DNA of 64,000 bases from an uncultured Acidimicrobiaceae bacterium. GTDB lineage: Bacteria; Actinomycetota; Acidimicrobiia; Acidimicrobiales; RAAP-2. Every line of letters starts with the position of its first letter. Within the stretch, counting starts at the first letter, position 1. The position numbers and the translations under genes are program-made. The notes under the pieces were generated by a model that was not told where the DNA came from, searched no databases, and worked only from the letters and a program-made list of their open reading frames with translations. Of this stretch, positions 12,535-23,404 are shown piece after piece. The stretch lies in the NCBI GenBank assembly GCA_963737805.1, contig CAVTUE010000005.1:4139-68138 (forward strand). Reading direction: 5' to 3'.

Positions 12535-13944
12535 ATGCGGACCCTTCGTCTCGCCCGACTGGCTGCCGCCGCTCTGTTCGTCACGACGCTCGGCGGCACC
12601 GCAGCCACCGCTGCCCTCGGCGTCAGCACCCCCGCCGGCGCGGCCAGCCTGCCCGCCTGCAACCTCAAGGCGCTGGCCAACCACAAGGGCCTCGTCAGCA
12701 TCACCTTCTGGGAGTCGGCCTCTTCGGCCAACCTGACGGTGCTCCAGTCCATCACGAGCGCGTTCAACTCCTCGCAGTCCAAGGTGCACGTCACCCTGGT
12801 CACGCAGGCGGGCTACGACGACACCTGGCAGAAGTATCTCGCCGGGCTCTCCAACGGACAGCTGCCCGACGCAGTGCAGTTGGAGGACCAGCGCACCCAG
12901 GCCGCCATCGACACCGGCTCGTTCCTGCCCGTGCAGTCCTGCATGAACGCGGCCAAGTACTCGACCAGCGATTACCTGCCCCGCCCCCTCGCCTACTGGA
13001 AGGTGAACGGCGTGCAGTGGGCCCTTCCCTTCGCGGTGTCGGCACCAATCCTCTACTACAACCAGAACGCCTTCACGAAGGCCGGCCTCGACCCAGCCGA
13101 CCCCCCGACCACGTTGCCCCAGATGGTGATCGACGCCAAGGCACTGAAGGCGTCCGGCAGTGGCATGGGCCTCGTCCTCGATCCCTGGCACCTCGAGACG
13201 TGGCTGGCCACGGCCAACCAGCTCTTCGTGAACAACAAGAACGGGCGCAGCAGCCGGGCCACGCAGGGCTCGTTCAACACCAAGACCGCGGTGTCCATCT
13301 TCAGCCAGCTGAGCAACCTGGTGCGCTCGGGCTACGCCACGACCAACCCGTCGACGGGACCTGACCAGTACGACAACCTGCTCGGCATCGGCAACGGCAA
13401 GTACGGCATGACCATCGAGACCTCGGCTGCGCTCGGCACGGTGACCCAGCTCCTCGGCACCGGGAAGTACGCCAACGTGAAGCTGGGGATCAGCGCCTTC
13501 CCCGCCTACAGCTCGGCGGTGCAGGGCGGGATCGAGCCCGGGGGGTCGGGCGTCTACATCTCGAACAAGGCCCCGGCCATCGACCAGGCGGCGTCGTGGC
13601 AATTCCTGTCCTACCTCTTGAACACCCAGAGCCAGGCCACCTGGGCGGCGGGGACCGGTTACATCCCGGTCCGCAAGTCCTCGGCGCAGACGGCCACCGT
13701 CCAGCACCTGTGGGCCACCAGCCCCGGGTACAAGGTGGCCTACGACGAGATCAACAACGGCGCCAACACCCCGGCCACCTCCGGCTCGGTGATCGGCCCC
13801 TACGCCGACGTGCGCACCGACGTGCTCAACGCCGAGATCTCCATGTACACCCGGGGCGTGCAGCCCGCCAAGGCCGTGAGCGCGGCGGAGCAGAGCGTCA
13901 ACACGACGATCTCCGACTACAACAGCCGGCTCGGCTCGTCGTAG
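12535..13944 (+). CDS. ABC transporter extracellular solute-binding protein (sugar type)
   Basis: Intact 469-aa ORF with a signal peptide (MRTLRLARLAAAALFVTTLGGTAATAALG) and the composition typical of SBP family 1. It is the last gene of the importer operon. Confidence 0.85.
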   Translation: MRTLRLARLAAAALFVTTLGGTAATAALGVSTPAGAASLPACNLKALANHKGLVSITFWESASSANLTVLQSITSAFNSSQSKVHVTLVTQAGYDDTWQKYLAGLSNGQLPDAVQLEDQRTQAAIDTGSFLPVQSCMNAAKYSTSDYLPRPLAYWKVNGVQWALPFAVSAPILYYNQNAFTKAGLDPADPPTTLPQMVIDAKALKASGSGMGLVLDPWHLETWLATANQLFVNNKNGRSSRATQGSFNTKTAVSIFSQLSNLVRSGYATTNPSTGPDQYDNLLGIGNGKYGMTIETSAALGTVTQLLGTGKYANVKLGISAFPAYSSAVQGGIEPGGSGVYISNKAPAIDQAASWQFLSYLLNTQSQATWAAGTGYIPVRKSSAQTATVQHLWATSPGYKVAYDEINNGANTPATSGSVIGPYADVRTDVLNAEISMYTRGVQPAKAVSAAEQSVNTTISDYNSRLGSS

Positions 13945-13946
13945 GG

Positions 13947-14895
13947 AGCTGGGCGCCGGGGTGGGGATGCTCGCGCCGACAGAGCAACCGGGTGTCGGCG
14001 GGCCAGCCGGCCACGGCGTAGAGCTCGGTGAGCTCGACCACCCAGGCGCCCGTCGCGGACCGAGCCGTCGAGCTCCTGGCCTGCGCACCCAGTCCTCCTC
14101 TTGGGCCAAGACCAAGGCGTCGCGTACAGAACCGTGATGGGGAAGCCGATCGAGAAGTCGAAGTTGGCGTCGCTGAGAGAGTCCACGAAGCGATGGGTGG
14201 CTCCGGCCGAGTCGGCCCGAACCAAGATGGGGTGGACGACCAGGCGGGATCGTCGCCTTCTTCGTGGCCGGCGCGTACTCGGCCGGCACGACCGGACCGC
14301 GTGCTCGAGGAGCTCGAGGTGGTCGTCGGTGTCGTTGGCAGCGGCGTTGCCCGGCTCGCAGCATGGCGGCGAGCGGCTCGGTAGTGGTGTCGCACCACAC
14401 CGCCAAGGGGTTGAACCCGAAGCCGTGCTTGTAGGTGGGGGCGGCGTCTTGTTTCTCAGAATGCACGTTGAGCAGGGTGGAGTCGAAGTCCCAGATCATC
14501 GGGCCTGCGGTGGCTGGGCGGCCCAGACGCGAGCCCGGGCCGTCGGCGATGGCCACAGGGATGGCCCGCAGCTCGACCGAGGCCGTGGCGTGCACGGCCC
14601 GCCAGGCGGTCGCGACCGAGGCCACCGGGCCGAAGAGCTCCTCCTGTTCTTTGAGCGCGGCGATGTCGGCCAGGCAGTCCGCGCCGTCGCGATGGCGACG
14701 GCGAGGTGCGTGAGCACGACACCGGGATCGTGGGTGTGCCAGTAGATCCCGCACTCGGCCATGGCCACCGACATGCGCCTCGGTCAACCCGCTGCGATCG
14801 GCCAGCTCGGCCAAGAGCGCGGCACCGGCGTGGGACACGAGGTTCTTGCCGTCGGGTATCACTTTGGCGCGACGGACCGAGCGACTACTGTGCAC
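13947..14895 (-). mobile_element. IS1380-family transposase remnant (3'-truncated, with several frame changes)
   Basis: Readable stretches are VIPDGKNLVSHAGAALLAELADRSGLTEA, GADCLADIAALKEQEELFGPVASVATAWR, DFDSTLLNVHSEKQDAAPTYKHGFGFNPL, VRADSAGATHRFV and RREHPHPGAQL. The GTG start at 14893-14895 follows GGAGGG. The coding remnant stops 3 nt from the stop codon of the SBP gene. Confidence 0.8.
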
Positions 14896-15040
14896 CTTCA
14901 AGGAGCCCTCCGGTTCTGGTTGAGAATGTGTGTTGTGGCGACAAACATTCTTCCAGGAGGCCCTATCGGGGCCGGGGCGGGGCCGGCCCCGGGACAGAAA
15001 CCCCCCTCCCCGCCACATCGGCACGGCGGGGCGTTCCCTC

Positions 15041-15088
15041 AATAGAGCCGAACGTCACAATGGCAATAGAGCCGAACGTCACAATGGC
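15041..15088. repeat. Perfect 24-bp tandem duplication (AATAGAGCCGAACGTCACAATGGC, 2 units)
   Basis: Units at 15041-15064 and 15065-15088 are identical. The duplication lies between the 5' side of the IS remnant and the PAS-GGDEF gene. Confidence 0.9.
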
Positions 15089-15156
15089 GGGAAGAACCGC
15101 CCTCCGGGCGCGGGCTTCGGTATCCTGGGTGCGGCGGGACGTGCGCTCCGCGGTAT

Positions 15157-16098
15157 GTGTCGGGCGCGGCTTGGAGGAACAGGCTGGTGCATGACACAGA
15201 CGTGGTCGGGCTCGCCGCCTCCCGCGTCCTGTTCGCGCACGCCTCCGAGGGCGTGCTCTTCTGGACCCACGACGGCCGGATCACCGCCGCCAACCCAGCG
15301 GCCTGCACCATGCTCGACCTGCCGGCCGAGGAGATCTGCCGCCTCGGCCCCGACGGGCTGGTGGACGACGAGGACTCACGCTGGGGCATCGCGGTCGCCG
15401 AGAGCGAGCGCACCGGGTCGGCCGTGGGCGTGGCCCGGCTGCGCCGGGGCGACGGCCGCTCCATCGAGATCGAGATGACCGCGCTGCGCTTTCACGACGA
15501 GGACGGGGCGCTCCAGACCTGTTGCATCTTGCGCGACCTGACCGGGCGCCTCGCCATTGAACGCGAGCTGGACGAGTTGAACGCACGCCTGCACCAGCTC
15601 TGGCGCGACGACGAGCTGACCGGCCTCGAGAACCGGCGCGGCCTGTTGGCGTCGGGGACCCGGCTGCTGCAGTTCGCCGACCGCCAGATCGCGCCGGTGC
15701 AGGCGCTCTTCGTCGACGTCGACAACGTGCAGAAGCTGAACGAGCACCTCGGCCATCGGGCGGGCGACGCCGCGCTGCAGGCGGTGGCCCGCGCCCTGTC
15801 GGTGACCTTCCGCAAGAACGACGTGATGGCCCGCATCGGCGGGACCCAGTTCCTGGTGCTGACCCTTCACCTCGCCGAACCCGACTCCTCGGCCCTGACG
15901 GCGCGCATCCGGTCGCATCTCGATGCACCCGAGACGCGGCAGTTCGTCGGCGCCGCCGTCGAGGTCTGGTGCGGCTCGACGACGCGCCAGGCCGGCGAGA
16001 CCACCTCGCTCGAGGATCTGATGGCCCGCTCGGAACGGGCCATGCTCGAATCCCGCGAGGGTCGGCACGCCGCCTCGTTCCAGGCCGTCGGCGGCTGA
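15157..16098 (+). CDS. PAS-GGDEF protein with a degenerate active site (GGTQF) and an intact RxxD I-site
   Basis: Intact 313-aa ORF. The PAS-like N-terminal half reads LFAHASEGVLFWTHDGRITAANPAA. The GGDEF domain begins DELTGLENRRG and contains RKND-VMARI-GGTQF in place of GG(D/E)EF. Confidence 0.85.
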   Translation: MSGAAWRNRLVHDTDVVGLAASRVLFAHASEGVLFWTHDGRITAANPAACTMLDLPAEEICRLGPDGLVDDEDSRWGIAVAESERTGSAVGVARLRRGDGRSIEIEMTALRFHDEDGALQTCCILRDLTGRLAIERELDELNARLHQLWRDDELTGLENRRGLLASGTRLLQFADRQIAPVQALFVDVDNVQKLNEHLGHRAGDAALQAVARALSVTFRKNDVMARIGGTQFLVLTLHLAEPDSSALTARIRSHLDAPETRQFVGAAVEVWCGSTTRQAGETTSLEDLMARSERAMLESREGRHAASFQAVGG

Positions 16099-16237
16099 CC
16101 TTCCGGCGCCGGTCGGCCCCACCAATAGCCACCGCACCCGCCCCCCTGAGCAGGGATCTTCCCACCGGCAACCCTCCCGCCCTTATTCCTGACTAATCCG
16201 CTTGGATTTAGCGATCCACGTGTATTAAGTTGAGCTG

Positions 16238-17283
16238 ATGCACCGAAACCCCTTGCACCCCGACCGCGCCCACGGGCGCCCCCGCTCACCGCCACCGGGT
16301 CCGCCGGAGCGCCGCCATCGGCGCCCTGGCCCTGTGCGGCCTGGCCTTCACCGCTCTCCCGGCCGGCGCGCAGGGCGGCTCCGTGAACCTCGTGGCCTAC
16401 TCCACGCCCAAGCCCGCCTACACCGTGCTCGCCAAGGCCTTCGCCGCCACCAAGACCGGCGCGGGGGTGACGGTGACGCCCTCCTTCGGGCCCTCGGGCA
16501 CCCAGGCCACCTCCGTGGTCAACGGGCTGCCGGCGGACGTCGTGAACTTCTCGCTGGAGCCCGACATGACCAAGGTGGTCAAGGCCGGCCTGGTCTCGAG
16601 CTCGTGGAACAAGGGCCCGACCAAGGGCATGGTCACGAACTCCATCGTCTCCTTCATCGTCCGCAACGGGGAACCCCAAGCACATCACCACCTGGGCCGA
16701 CCTGGTGAAGTCGGGCGTGCAGGTCATCACGCCCAACGTCTTCAGCTCGGGCAGCGCCAAGTGGAACCTCATGGCGGCCTACGGCGCCCAGATCTCCCAG
16801 GGCAAGTCGCCGGCGCAGGCGCAGGCCTACCTCACGAAGCTGCTGCACAACACGGTGGCCCAGCCCTCGAGTGCCAGCGCGGCGCTGCAGACGTTCCTGT
16901 CGGGTCAGGGGGACGTGCTGCTCGACTACGAGGACGACGGGCTCTACGCCAAGAGCCAAGGCGAGGCGATCTCCGTCATCACCCCGCCGCAGACGATCCT
17001 GATCGAGAACCCCATCGCCGTGACCAAGACGGCGAGCCCGGCGGCCAAGGCCTTCGTGGCCTACCTTCTCTCCCCCGCCGGCCAGACGGTGTGGGGCAAG
17101 CAGGGCTACCGGCCCGTGCTCCCGGCGGTGGCGGCCAAGTTCAACTTCCCCAAGCCCAAGACGCTCTTCACCATCGACAAGTTCGGGGGGTGGACCGCGG
17201 TGAACACCAAGTTCTTCGACCCCCAGACGGGCATCGTGGCCAAGATCGAGCAGTCGCTCGGCGTCTCCACCGCCAGCGGATAG
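16238..17283 (+). CDS. sbp: Sulfate/thiosulfate ABC transporter substrate-binding protein (frame changes near 16300 and 16680)
   Basis: ATG at 16238. The signal peptide RRSAAIGALALCGLAFTALPAGAQG lies in the next frame. The mature part reads VNLVAYSTPKPAYTVL...GPSGTQA...SGSAKWNLMAAYGA. It is followed by cysTWA. Confidence 0.85.
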
Positions 17284-17296
17284 CGGTCGCCGCCCT

Positions 17297-18217
17297 ATGG
17301 TGAGTACGGGCGCCGTCGCCGACCTGGGTCTCCCGGGGAGTTCCGGCGCTCCCGCAGACCGCCGGCCAGGGCGGGGACGCCGGCGCCGCAATCCCCCCTC
17401 GGCGCCTCCCCCGGCCCTGGTCGCGGCGGGACGGGTGGCCGGGCGCGTCGGCGGTCCCGCCCTCGCCGTCACGTACCTGTCGCTGCTCGTCCTGCTGCCT
17501 CTCGCTGCGCTCATCACCAAGGCCTTCAGCGGCGGCTGGTCCGCCTTCTGGGACTCCGTCACCCAACCCGAGGCGGTCGCCGCCCTCGAGCTGACGCTGG
17601 CCGTCGCCGCCATCGTGGCGGTGGTGAACTCCATCGCCGGCCTGGCCATCGCCTTCGTGCTGGTGCGGGACGACTTCCGCGGCAAGGCGCTCGTGAGCGC
17701 CGTGATCGACCTGCCCTTCGCGCTGCCCACCGTCGTCGCCGGCCTGACGCTGCTGACGCTCTACGGCGTCGACAGCCCGTTGCACGTCGACCTGGCGGGA
17801 ACCCGCCTCGGCGTGGGCGCCGCGCTGCTGTTCGTGACGCTGCCCTTCTGCGTGCGCAGCGTCCAACCGGTGCTGGCCGAGCTCGATGCGGAGACCGAGG
17901 ACGCCGCCGCCTCCCTCGGCGCGACCCGGCGCCAGGTTCTGAGCCGGGTCATCCTCCCGAGCGTGCTGCCCTCGGTACTGGCCGGGGCCGGCCTCGCCTT
18001 CGCCCGGGCCGTGGGCGAGTACGGCTCGATCATCCTCATCTCGAGCAACCTCCCCTTCAAGACCGAGGTCGCCTCGTCGTACATCTTCGGGCTCTCCCAG
18101 AGCGACGACCTCCAGGGGGCCAGCGCGGTGTCCATCGTGCTCGTGGCCATCGCGCTGCTCGTGCTCATCGGCATCGGCTGGGCCCGCCGGCGCTTCGACG
18201 TCCCGGAGACGGTGTGA
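17297..18217 (+). CDS. cysT: Sulfate ABC transporter permease CysT (start uncertain; the N-terminal 45 aa may not be translated)
   Basis: Intact ORF with conserved CysT/CysW-type stretches [20 protein letters not shown] and [19 protein letters not shown]. Confidence 0.88.
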   Translation: MVSTGAVADLGLPGSSGAPADRRPGRGRRRRNPPSAPPPALVAAGRVAGRVGGPALAVTYLSLLVLLPLAALITKAFSGGWSAFWDSVTQPEAVAALELTLAVAAIVAVVNSIAGLAIAFVLVRDDFRGKALVSAVIDLPFALPTVVAGLTLLTLYGVDSPLHVDLAGTRLGVGAALLFVTLPFCVRSVQPVLAELDAETEDAAASLGATRRQVLSRVILPSVLPSVLAGAGLAFARAVGEYGSIILISSNLPFKTEVASSYIFGLSQSDDLQGASAVSIVLVAIALLVLIGIGWARRRFDVPETV

Positions 18218-19035
18218 AGGGCTCGCGCTGGCGCCTGCCGTTGCGCGTCACGGTCCTGGTCTATCTCGGGCTGCTCGTCGTGGTACCGGTGGGAGCGGTC
18301 TTCTACCACGCTTTCGCGCCCGGGCTCGGAGAGGCGTGGGACGCCTTCACCGCGCCGGGCGCCGTCCACGCGCTCCTCCTCACGCTGCTCGTGGTGGCCA
18401 TCGCCGTGCCGCTCAACACCATCTTCGGCGTCGGGGTTTCGCTGCTGCTGGCCCGCCACCGGTTCCCTGGCGCCTGGCTTCTCGATGCGCTGATCGACAT
18501 CCCCCTCGCCCTCTCCCCCGTCGTCATCGGCCTCTCCCTGATCCTCGTGTACGGCAAGACGGGCTGGTTCGGCAACTGGCTGGCCGGGCACGGCATCACC
18601 GTGATCTTCTCGGTGCCCGGCATCGTGATGGCCTCGGCGGCCGTGTCGTTGCCCTACGTCGTGCGCGAGGTGCTCCCGGTGCTCCAGGAGATCGGCACCG
18701 ATCAGGAACAGGCGGCCCGCACGCTCGGAGCCGGGCCCTTCGCCGTCTTCTGGCGCATCACACTGCCCAGCATCCGCCGGGGCCTCGCCTACGGCGTGAC
18801 GTTGACCACGGCCCGCGTGCTGGGCGAATTCGGCGCGGTGGCCATCGTCTCGGGCGCCATCGCCGGCAAGACGGAGACCTACACTCTGTTCATCTCCGAC
18901 AGCATCGACAACCTCCAACCCCAGAGCGCCTACATCGGCGCGGTGGCCCTGTGCCTGGCCGCGCTCATCGTGCTCGGCCTCCTGACGCTGACCGACCGCG
19001 ATCGGGACGCCTGGCACGGCAAGGTGACCGCATGA
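18214..19035 (+). CDS. cysW: Sulfate ABC transporter permease CysW
   Basis: Intact 273-aa ORF overlapping the cysT stop, with EAA-type loop [23 protein letters not shown]. Confidence 0.88.
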   Translation: MKGSRWRLPLRVTVLVYLGLLVVVPVGAVFYHAFAPGLGEAWDAFTAPGAVHALLLTLLVVAIAVPLNTIFGVGVSLLLARHRFPGAWLLDALIDIPLALSPVVIGLSLILVYGKTGWFGNWLAGHGITVIFSVPGIVMASAAVSLPYVVREVLPVLQEIGTDQEQAARTLGAGPFAVFWRITLPSIRRGLAYGVTLTTARVLGEFGAVAIVSGAIAGKTETYTLFISDSIDNLQPQSAYIGAVALCLAALIVLGLLTLTDRDRDAWHGKVTA

Positions 19036-20021
19036 GCATCGAGGTGCAGTCCATCTCGAAGCGGTTCGGCGACGCCGTGGCGCTCGACGACGTCTCACTC
19101 GATGTGCCGACGGGCTCGCTGACCGCCCTGCTCGGCCCGAGCGGCGGCGGCAAGTCGACGCTGCTGCGCATCATCGCCGGCCTCGACGCGCCCGACAGCG
19201 GCGTCGTACGCATCGAGGGCGAGGACCTGACCGCCACGCCGGCCCGCAGCCGGGGCGTCGGCTTCTGCTTCCAGCACTACGCCCCCTTCCGCCACCTCAC
19301 CGTGCGCCGGAACGTGGCCTTCGGGCTCGAGATCCGTCACCGCCCCAAGGCCGAAGTCAAGCGCCGGGTGGACGAGCTGCTCGAGCTGGTCGGCCTGGCC
19401 CACCTCGGCGGCCGCTACCCGTCGCAGCTCTCGGGCGGCCAGCGCCAGCGCATGGCCCTGGCCCGGGCGCTGGCCATCGAACCCAAGGTTCTGCTGCTCG
19501 ACGAGCCCTTCGGCGCACTGGACGCCCAGGTGCGCACACAGCTGCGCCTGTGGCTGCGCGACCTGCACGCCACGCTGCCGGTGACGACCGTACTGGTCAC
19601 CCACGACCAGGAGGAGGCGATGGAGGTGGCCGACCGCCTGGCCGTCATCAACCACGGCCGCTTGGAGCAGGTGGGCGCGCCGGCGGACATGTACGACCAC
19701 CCGGCCAACGAGTTCGTGCTGGCCTTCCTGGGGCCGGCGACGCGCCTCGACGGACAGTGGGTGCGCCCGCACGACCTCGTCGTGCACCCGGTCGACGAAG
19801 GTAAGCCGACCAGCACCGCGGTGGAGGGCACCGTGGCCCGGGTCACCCACCTCGGGTTCGAGGTCAAGGTGGACGTGGAACTGGCCGGTGGCGACTCGTG
19901 CTGGGTCCAGCTCAGCCGCGGCAGCGCGGCCGAGCTGGACCTGCAGGCCGGGCAGCGGGTCTGGGTGGCGCGTGCCGAGGCGTCCGCCAGGTCGGACCGC
20001 CTCCCGATCCTCAGCGCCTGA
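19032..20021 (+). CDS. cysA: Sulfate ABC transporter ATP-binding protein CysA
   Basis: The ATG at 19032 overlaps the cysW stop (ATGA). Motifs are Walker [10 protein letters not shown], signature LSGGQRQR, Walker [12 protein letters not shown], and a TOBE-like C-terminus. Confidence 0.9.
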   Translation: MSIEVQSISKRFGDAVALDDVSLDVPTGSLTALLGPSGGGKSTLLRIIAGLDAPDSGVVRIEGEDLTATPARSRGVGFCFQHYAPFRHLTVRRNVAFGLEIRHRPKAEVKRRVDELLELVGLAHLGGRYPSQLSGGQRQRMALARALAIEPKVLLLDEPFGALDAQVRTQLRLWLRDLHATLPVTTVLVTHDQEEAMEVADRLAVINHGRLEQVGAPADMYDHPANEFVLAFLGPATRLDGQWVRPHDLVVHPVDEGKPTSTAVEGTVARVTHLGFEVKVDVELAGGDSCWVQLSRGSAAELDLQAGQRVWVARAEASARSDRLPILSA

Positions 20022-20062
20022 CGAGTCCCGCTCCCCGGCGAGGCAGGGTCGCCCTCATGTCG

Positions 20063-21587
20063 TCAGCCGACGGTGGGCCGCCGGCCTGGTTGCTGCGACG
20101 GCAGCGACTGCTCCTGGCCGGGGAACGGCGGCAGGGGCAGCGTCGACTGCTGCGTCTGGAAGGCCAGCTCCGCCGCGGTGGCCGCTGCCGTGGCGGCCGG
20201 GATGGCCGGAGCCGGCTCCGGGGACCGCTGGAAGGCGGACGTGAAGTCGCCGAACGTGCTGCGCCGCCAGGCGCTGATGTTGGGCGCGGCGATCCCCGTC
20301 ACCCGCTCGACGAAGCGGAGCACCGAGGTGTGGTCGAGTGGATCGGAACAGACGTTGCCGCCGACGGTCCAGGGCGAGATGACCATGGCGGGCACCCGGA
20401 ACCCGGACCCGAGGTTGAGCCCGCCGCCGGGCGTGCCTCCCGGTGAATTCAGCGCCGTGAACTCGTCCGCCGTGCCCTTCGGGGGCGTGATCGGTGGCAC
20501 GTGGTCGAAGAAACCGTCGTTCTCGTCGTAGTTCAGGATGAACACGGTCGAGTTCCACAGGTCCTCGTTGGCGGCCAGCGCCTCGATCTTGGAAGCCACG
20601 AACTGCGCCCCGGCGGCCGGAAGGAACGACGGGTGCTCCGAGGCGACGCTGGTCGGAAAGAGCCAGCTCACCGTCGGCAGCGTGCCGTTGGCGCAGTCCT
20701 CCTCGAAGGCCATGGTGGGGGTCGCTGGCCGGCGTGCCGTCGAAGTGCGTGCTGACGCCGAAGGCACTCTGGTAGAGGTTCGACGACGTGGGGGCGTTGA
20801 TGAACTGGCTGAAGAACTCGAGCACGTTGGTGCCGTAGTTGTCCGCCTGCTGGTAGCACTTCCACGAGATCCCGGCGGCCTCGAGACGCTCGGCCATGGT
20901 GGTCCAGTTGTAGGTGCCGTTCGGCGCGTTGTTGTCGAGCGCCGGCCCCCCGTTCTGCCCGTCGGGGTCGACGGTCCCGGTCATCCACATGGAGCGGTTC
21001 GGGTGGGTCGGTCCCAGGATGGAGCAGAAGTAGTTGTCGCAGATGGTGAACGTGTTGGCCAGCGCGTACTGGAACGGGATGTCGGCGGCCGTGTAATAGC
21101 CCATGGTGAAGGGACCGGCGGTGTCGCTGTCCGCCGCGATGTGCGACCGCAGCCAGCCGTCCATCTCGCCGTTGGCCCACGACGCGTGCTGCACCTGCCA
21201 GGCGTGGCTCAGTGAGGGGACGGCCTGGGCCGCTGAGTTCGAAGAATCGAGGTGGTACGGGAGCAGGAAGCTGTCGGGGTTCTCGCCATCGGGCTGGGCG
21301 AAGACGGAGCGCCCGAAGGGCAGCCGCATCGCCCTCGGATCGCCGAAGCCCCGTACGCCGGAGAGCGTGCCGAAGTAGTGGTCGAAGCTGCGGTTCTCCT
21401 GCATCAGCAGGACGATGTGCTTGACCTGGCTCAGGTCGAAGCTGGTCGGGTTGGCCCCGGCGATGGCCCTGCGGACGCTCGACGGCAGGTAGGCGGCGAG
21501 CGCCGCGCCGGCCGCGGCTCCGGCCCCTCCCTTCAGGAGCTGGCGCCGGGAGAACGGGGTGGCAAGGAACGAAGAGTGATTCGTCAT
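20063..21587 (-). CDS. Phosphoesterase-family phospholipase C / acid phosphatase with a Tat signal (frame change near 20740)
   Basis: The N-terminus MTNHSSFLATPFSRRQLLKGGAGAAAGAALAAY contains a twin-arginine motif. Further motifs are HIVLLMQENRSFDHYFG and PTVSWL...SEHP...ILNYDENDGFFDHV. Confidence 0.85.
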
Positions 21588-21652
21588 GGGTGTGTGTCCT
21601 TTTAGTGAGATGTGCGTACGCGGGTTGGTCGATGGGCGGGCGATCGGGCCGC

Positions 21653-22836
21653 TCAGTGGTGGTGCCGCGGCGGGACCGGCGGGGCGGGAGCCTCGGGGCC
21701 GCCCGCGGTCGTGGTCGGGGGCGTGAACCCGGTGACGACGCGGACCCGGTTGTTCGACGTGTCGGCGACGTAGAGGTCACCCGTGCCGTTGTCCACCGAC
21801 ACCGCGAAGGGAGTGTTGAGCTTGGCGGCGGCGGCCGGACCGCCGTTGCCGCTGCTCCCCTTGGCGCCGACGGTGTTCACGACGGTCGAGATGGTCCCGG
21901 CCGGGGTGACCTCCCGTACGGCGTTGTTGAAGGTGTCGGCGATGAAGAGGTCGCCGGCCTGGTCCAACGCGACGCCCTGTGGGGCGTTCAGCCGGGCCGC
22001 AGTGGCCGGGCCGCCGTCGCCGCTGAAGCCCCCGAGACCGCCGGAGGCCTGGTCGGCGGCGACGTTGCCCGCCACCGTGGTGATGACCCCCGAGGTGGAG
22101 ACCCGGCGGACGACGTTGTTGCCCGAGTCTGCGATGTAGAGGTTGCCCAGGGAGTCGACGGCCAGCCCGGTCGGGAACGAGAGCTCGGCCCGCCACGCCA
22201 GCCCGTTGTCACCCCGGTACCCGGGATTGCCGTTGCCGGCGACGGTCGAGATCAGTCCCCGCGGGGTGACCTCGCGGACGATGTTGTTGTAGGTGTCGGC
22301 GATGAAGACGTCACCCTTGCCGTTGACGGCGACGCCCTGGGGGCTGTCGAGCTCGGCGCGTACGGCGAAACCGCCGAACTCGCCCCGGTTCCCTTCGGTG
22401 CCGTTGCCGGCGATCAGGTGGATGACGCCGTCGGGCGTGACCTCGCGTACCACGTTGTCCAGGGTGTCGGCGATGAAGACGTCACCGGCCTTGTCGCGCG
22501 CCAGTGCGGTCGGTTGGTCGAGAGTGGCCGCGGTGGCGGGGCCGCCGTCACCGCTCTCCCCGGTGGCCTCGTAGACCCGGCGATCGTCGCGGTGGCGGCG
22601 CCGATGATGCTCGCCACGACGTTGTCGTTCGTGTTCGACACGTCGATAGTGCCGTTGGCCGCGACCACACCTTGGGGGTTGTCGAGCGACGTCCCGGGCG
22701 GGGCGGTGAAGGTCACAGCAGCGATCGTGGGCGGCGTGGCGGCGGACGCCGTCACGACACTGCTCGCGACAGTCGTCACGACAGTTCCGCACACCGCAAA
22801 GGCCACGACGGCACGTCGGGTTCGGCTGGTGGGCAT
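21653..22836 (-). CDS. Secreted NHL-repeat protein (frame change near 22570)
   Basis: Signal-like N-terminus MPTSRTRRAVVAFAVCGTVVTTVASSVVTASA from ORF 22414..22971. At least five repeats of GDGGPATAA.L..P.GVAVD..G.L(Y/F)IAD..NN.VR.V follow, from ORF 21653..22846. Confidence 0.8.
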
Positions 22837-23255
22837 GGGTTGGCACCTTTCGTTCGTCGGCGTTGGAGAAGCGACGAGAGGTTCGTACCCAGGGTTCGTG
22901 ACGCGATCTCGGACAATCGGTGATGCCGAGATGAAATGAATTCGACCGTTGCGCGCGCTCGGCTTTGGCACCGGGGTGGCAAAGCGGGGGCCCGAAGGAA
23001 CCGGTGTGACCCCCTGTTCAACAGTCTGTGCATTGTCGGTCGGCGGTGCGCCGGACGCTCAAGAAAGAACCGACGTTCGCCGCTCGTCGGGACGCCGCGT
23101 GCGCGCCCGATGCAGTATCGGGATTCTGGCGCGACGAAGGTTGCAATGGGCGCTGCGGCAACCTTCTGAGCTATTTCACCTGGTCACGGACCCGGCCATG
23201 GTTGCCGCTCGGTTGCAAATTGGGCGAAACTTGTAGGTGGGAAAGGAGGGCACCG

Positions 23256-23396
23256 GTGGCACGGTCGTTTCTCCCTCCTCGCCTGTACAGACAGACGTGT
23301 CCCCTACCCGACAGACGTGTCCCCGCTGGAAGGACGTGTGTTCCACCACCACAGGGCAGACGTGTCCCCTGCCGGGCAGACGTGTCCCTTATGTGA
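23256..23396 (+). other. Candidate SD-led 46-codon ORF spanning the five phased direct repeats (coding status doubtful)
   Basis: GAAAGGAGG-gcaccg-GTG at 23256, ending TGA at 23394-23396, giving (M)ARSFLPPRLYRQTCPLPDRRVPAGRTCVPPPQGRRVPCRADVSLM. The SD and start context mimic those of the downstream repeat units. Confidence 0.25.
23293..23390 (+). promoter_or_regulatory. Five direct repeats of AGACGTGTCCC phased at about 20 bp (iteron or operator-like array)
   Basis: Copies start at 23293, 23313, 23332, 23358 and 23378, giving spacings of 20, about 19-20, about 25-26 and 20 bp. The third copy is degenerate (GGACGTGTGTTCC). The array sits immediately upstream of the 96-bp tandem array. Confidence 0.45.
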
Positions 23397-23404
23397 CAGC
23401 GCAC

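Noticed and set aside
22960-23060. Possible cobalamin-type riboswitch (GGAACCGGTGTGACCCCC...CAACAGT)
   Set aside because: It shows only a loose resemblance to the B12 core. I could not find a B12 box or a convincing multi-stem fold by eye. cmscan would be needed before making any call.
23136-23166. Intrinsic terminator (GAAGGTTGC-N13-GCAACCTTC hairpin)
   Set aside because: The 9-bp stem is real, but it has a large loop and no U-tract on either strand, and no upstream gene reads into it. It is recorded only as a structure.
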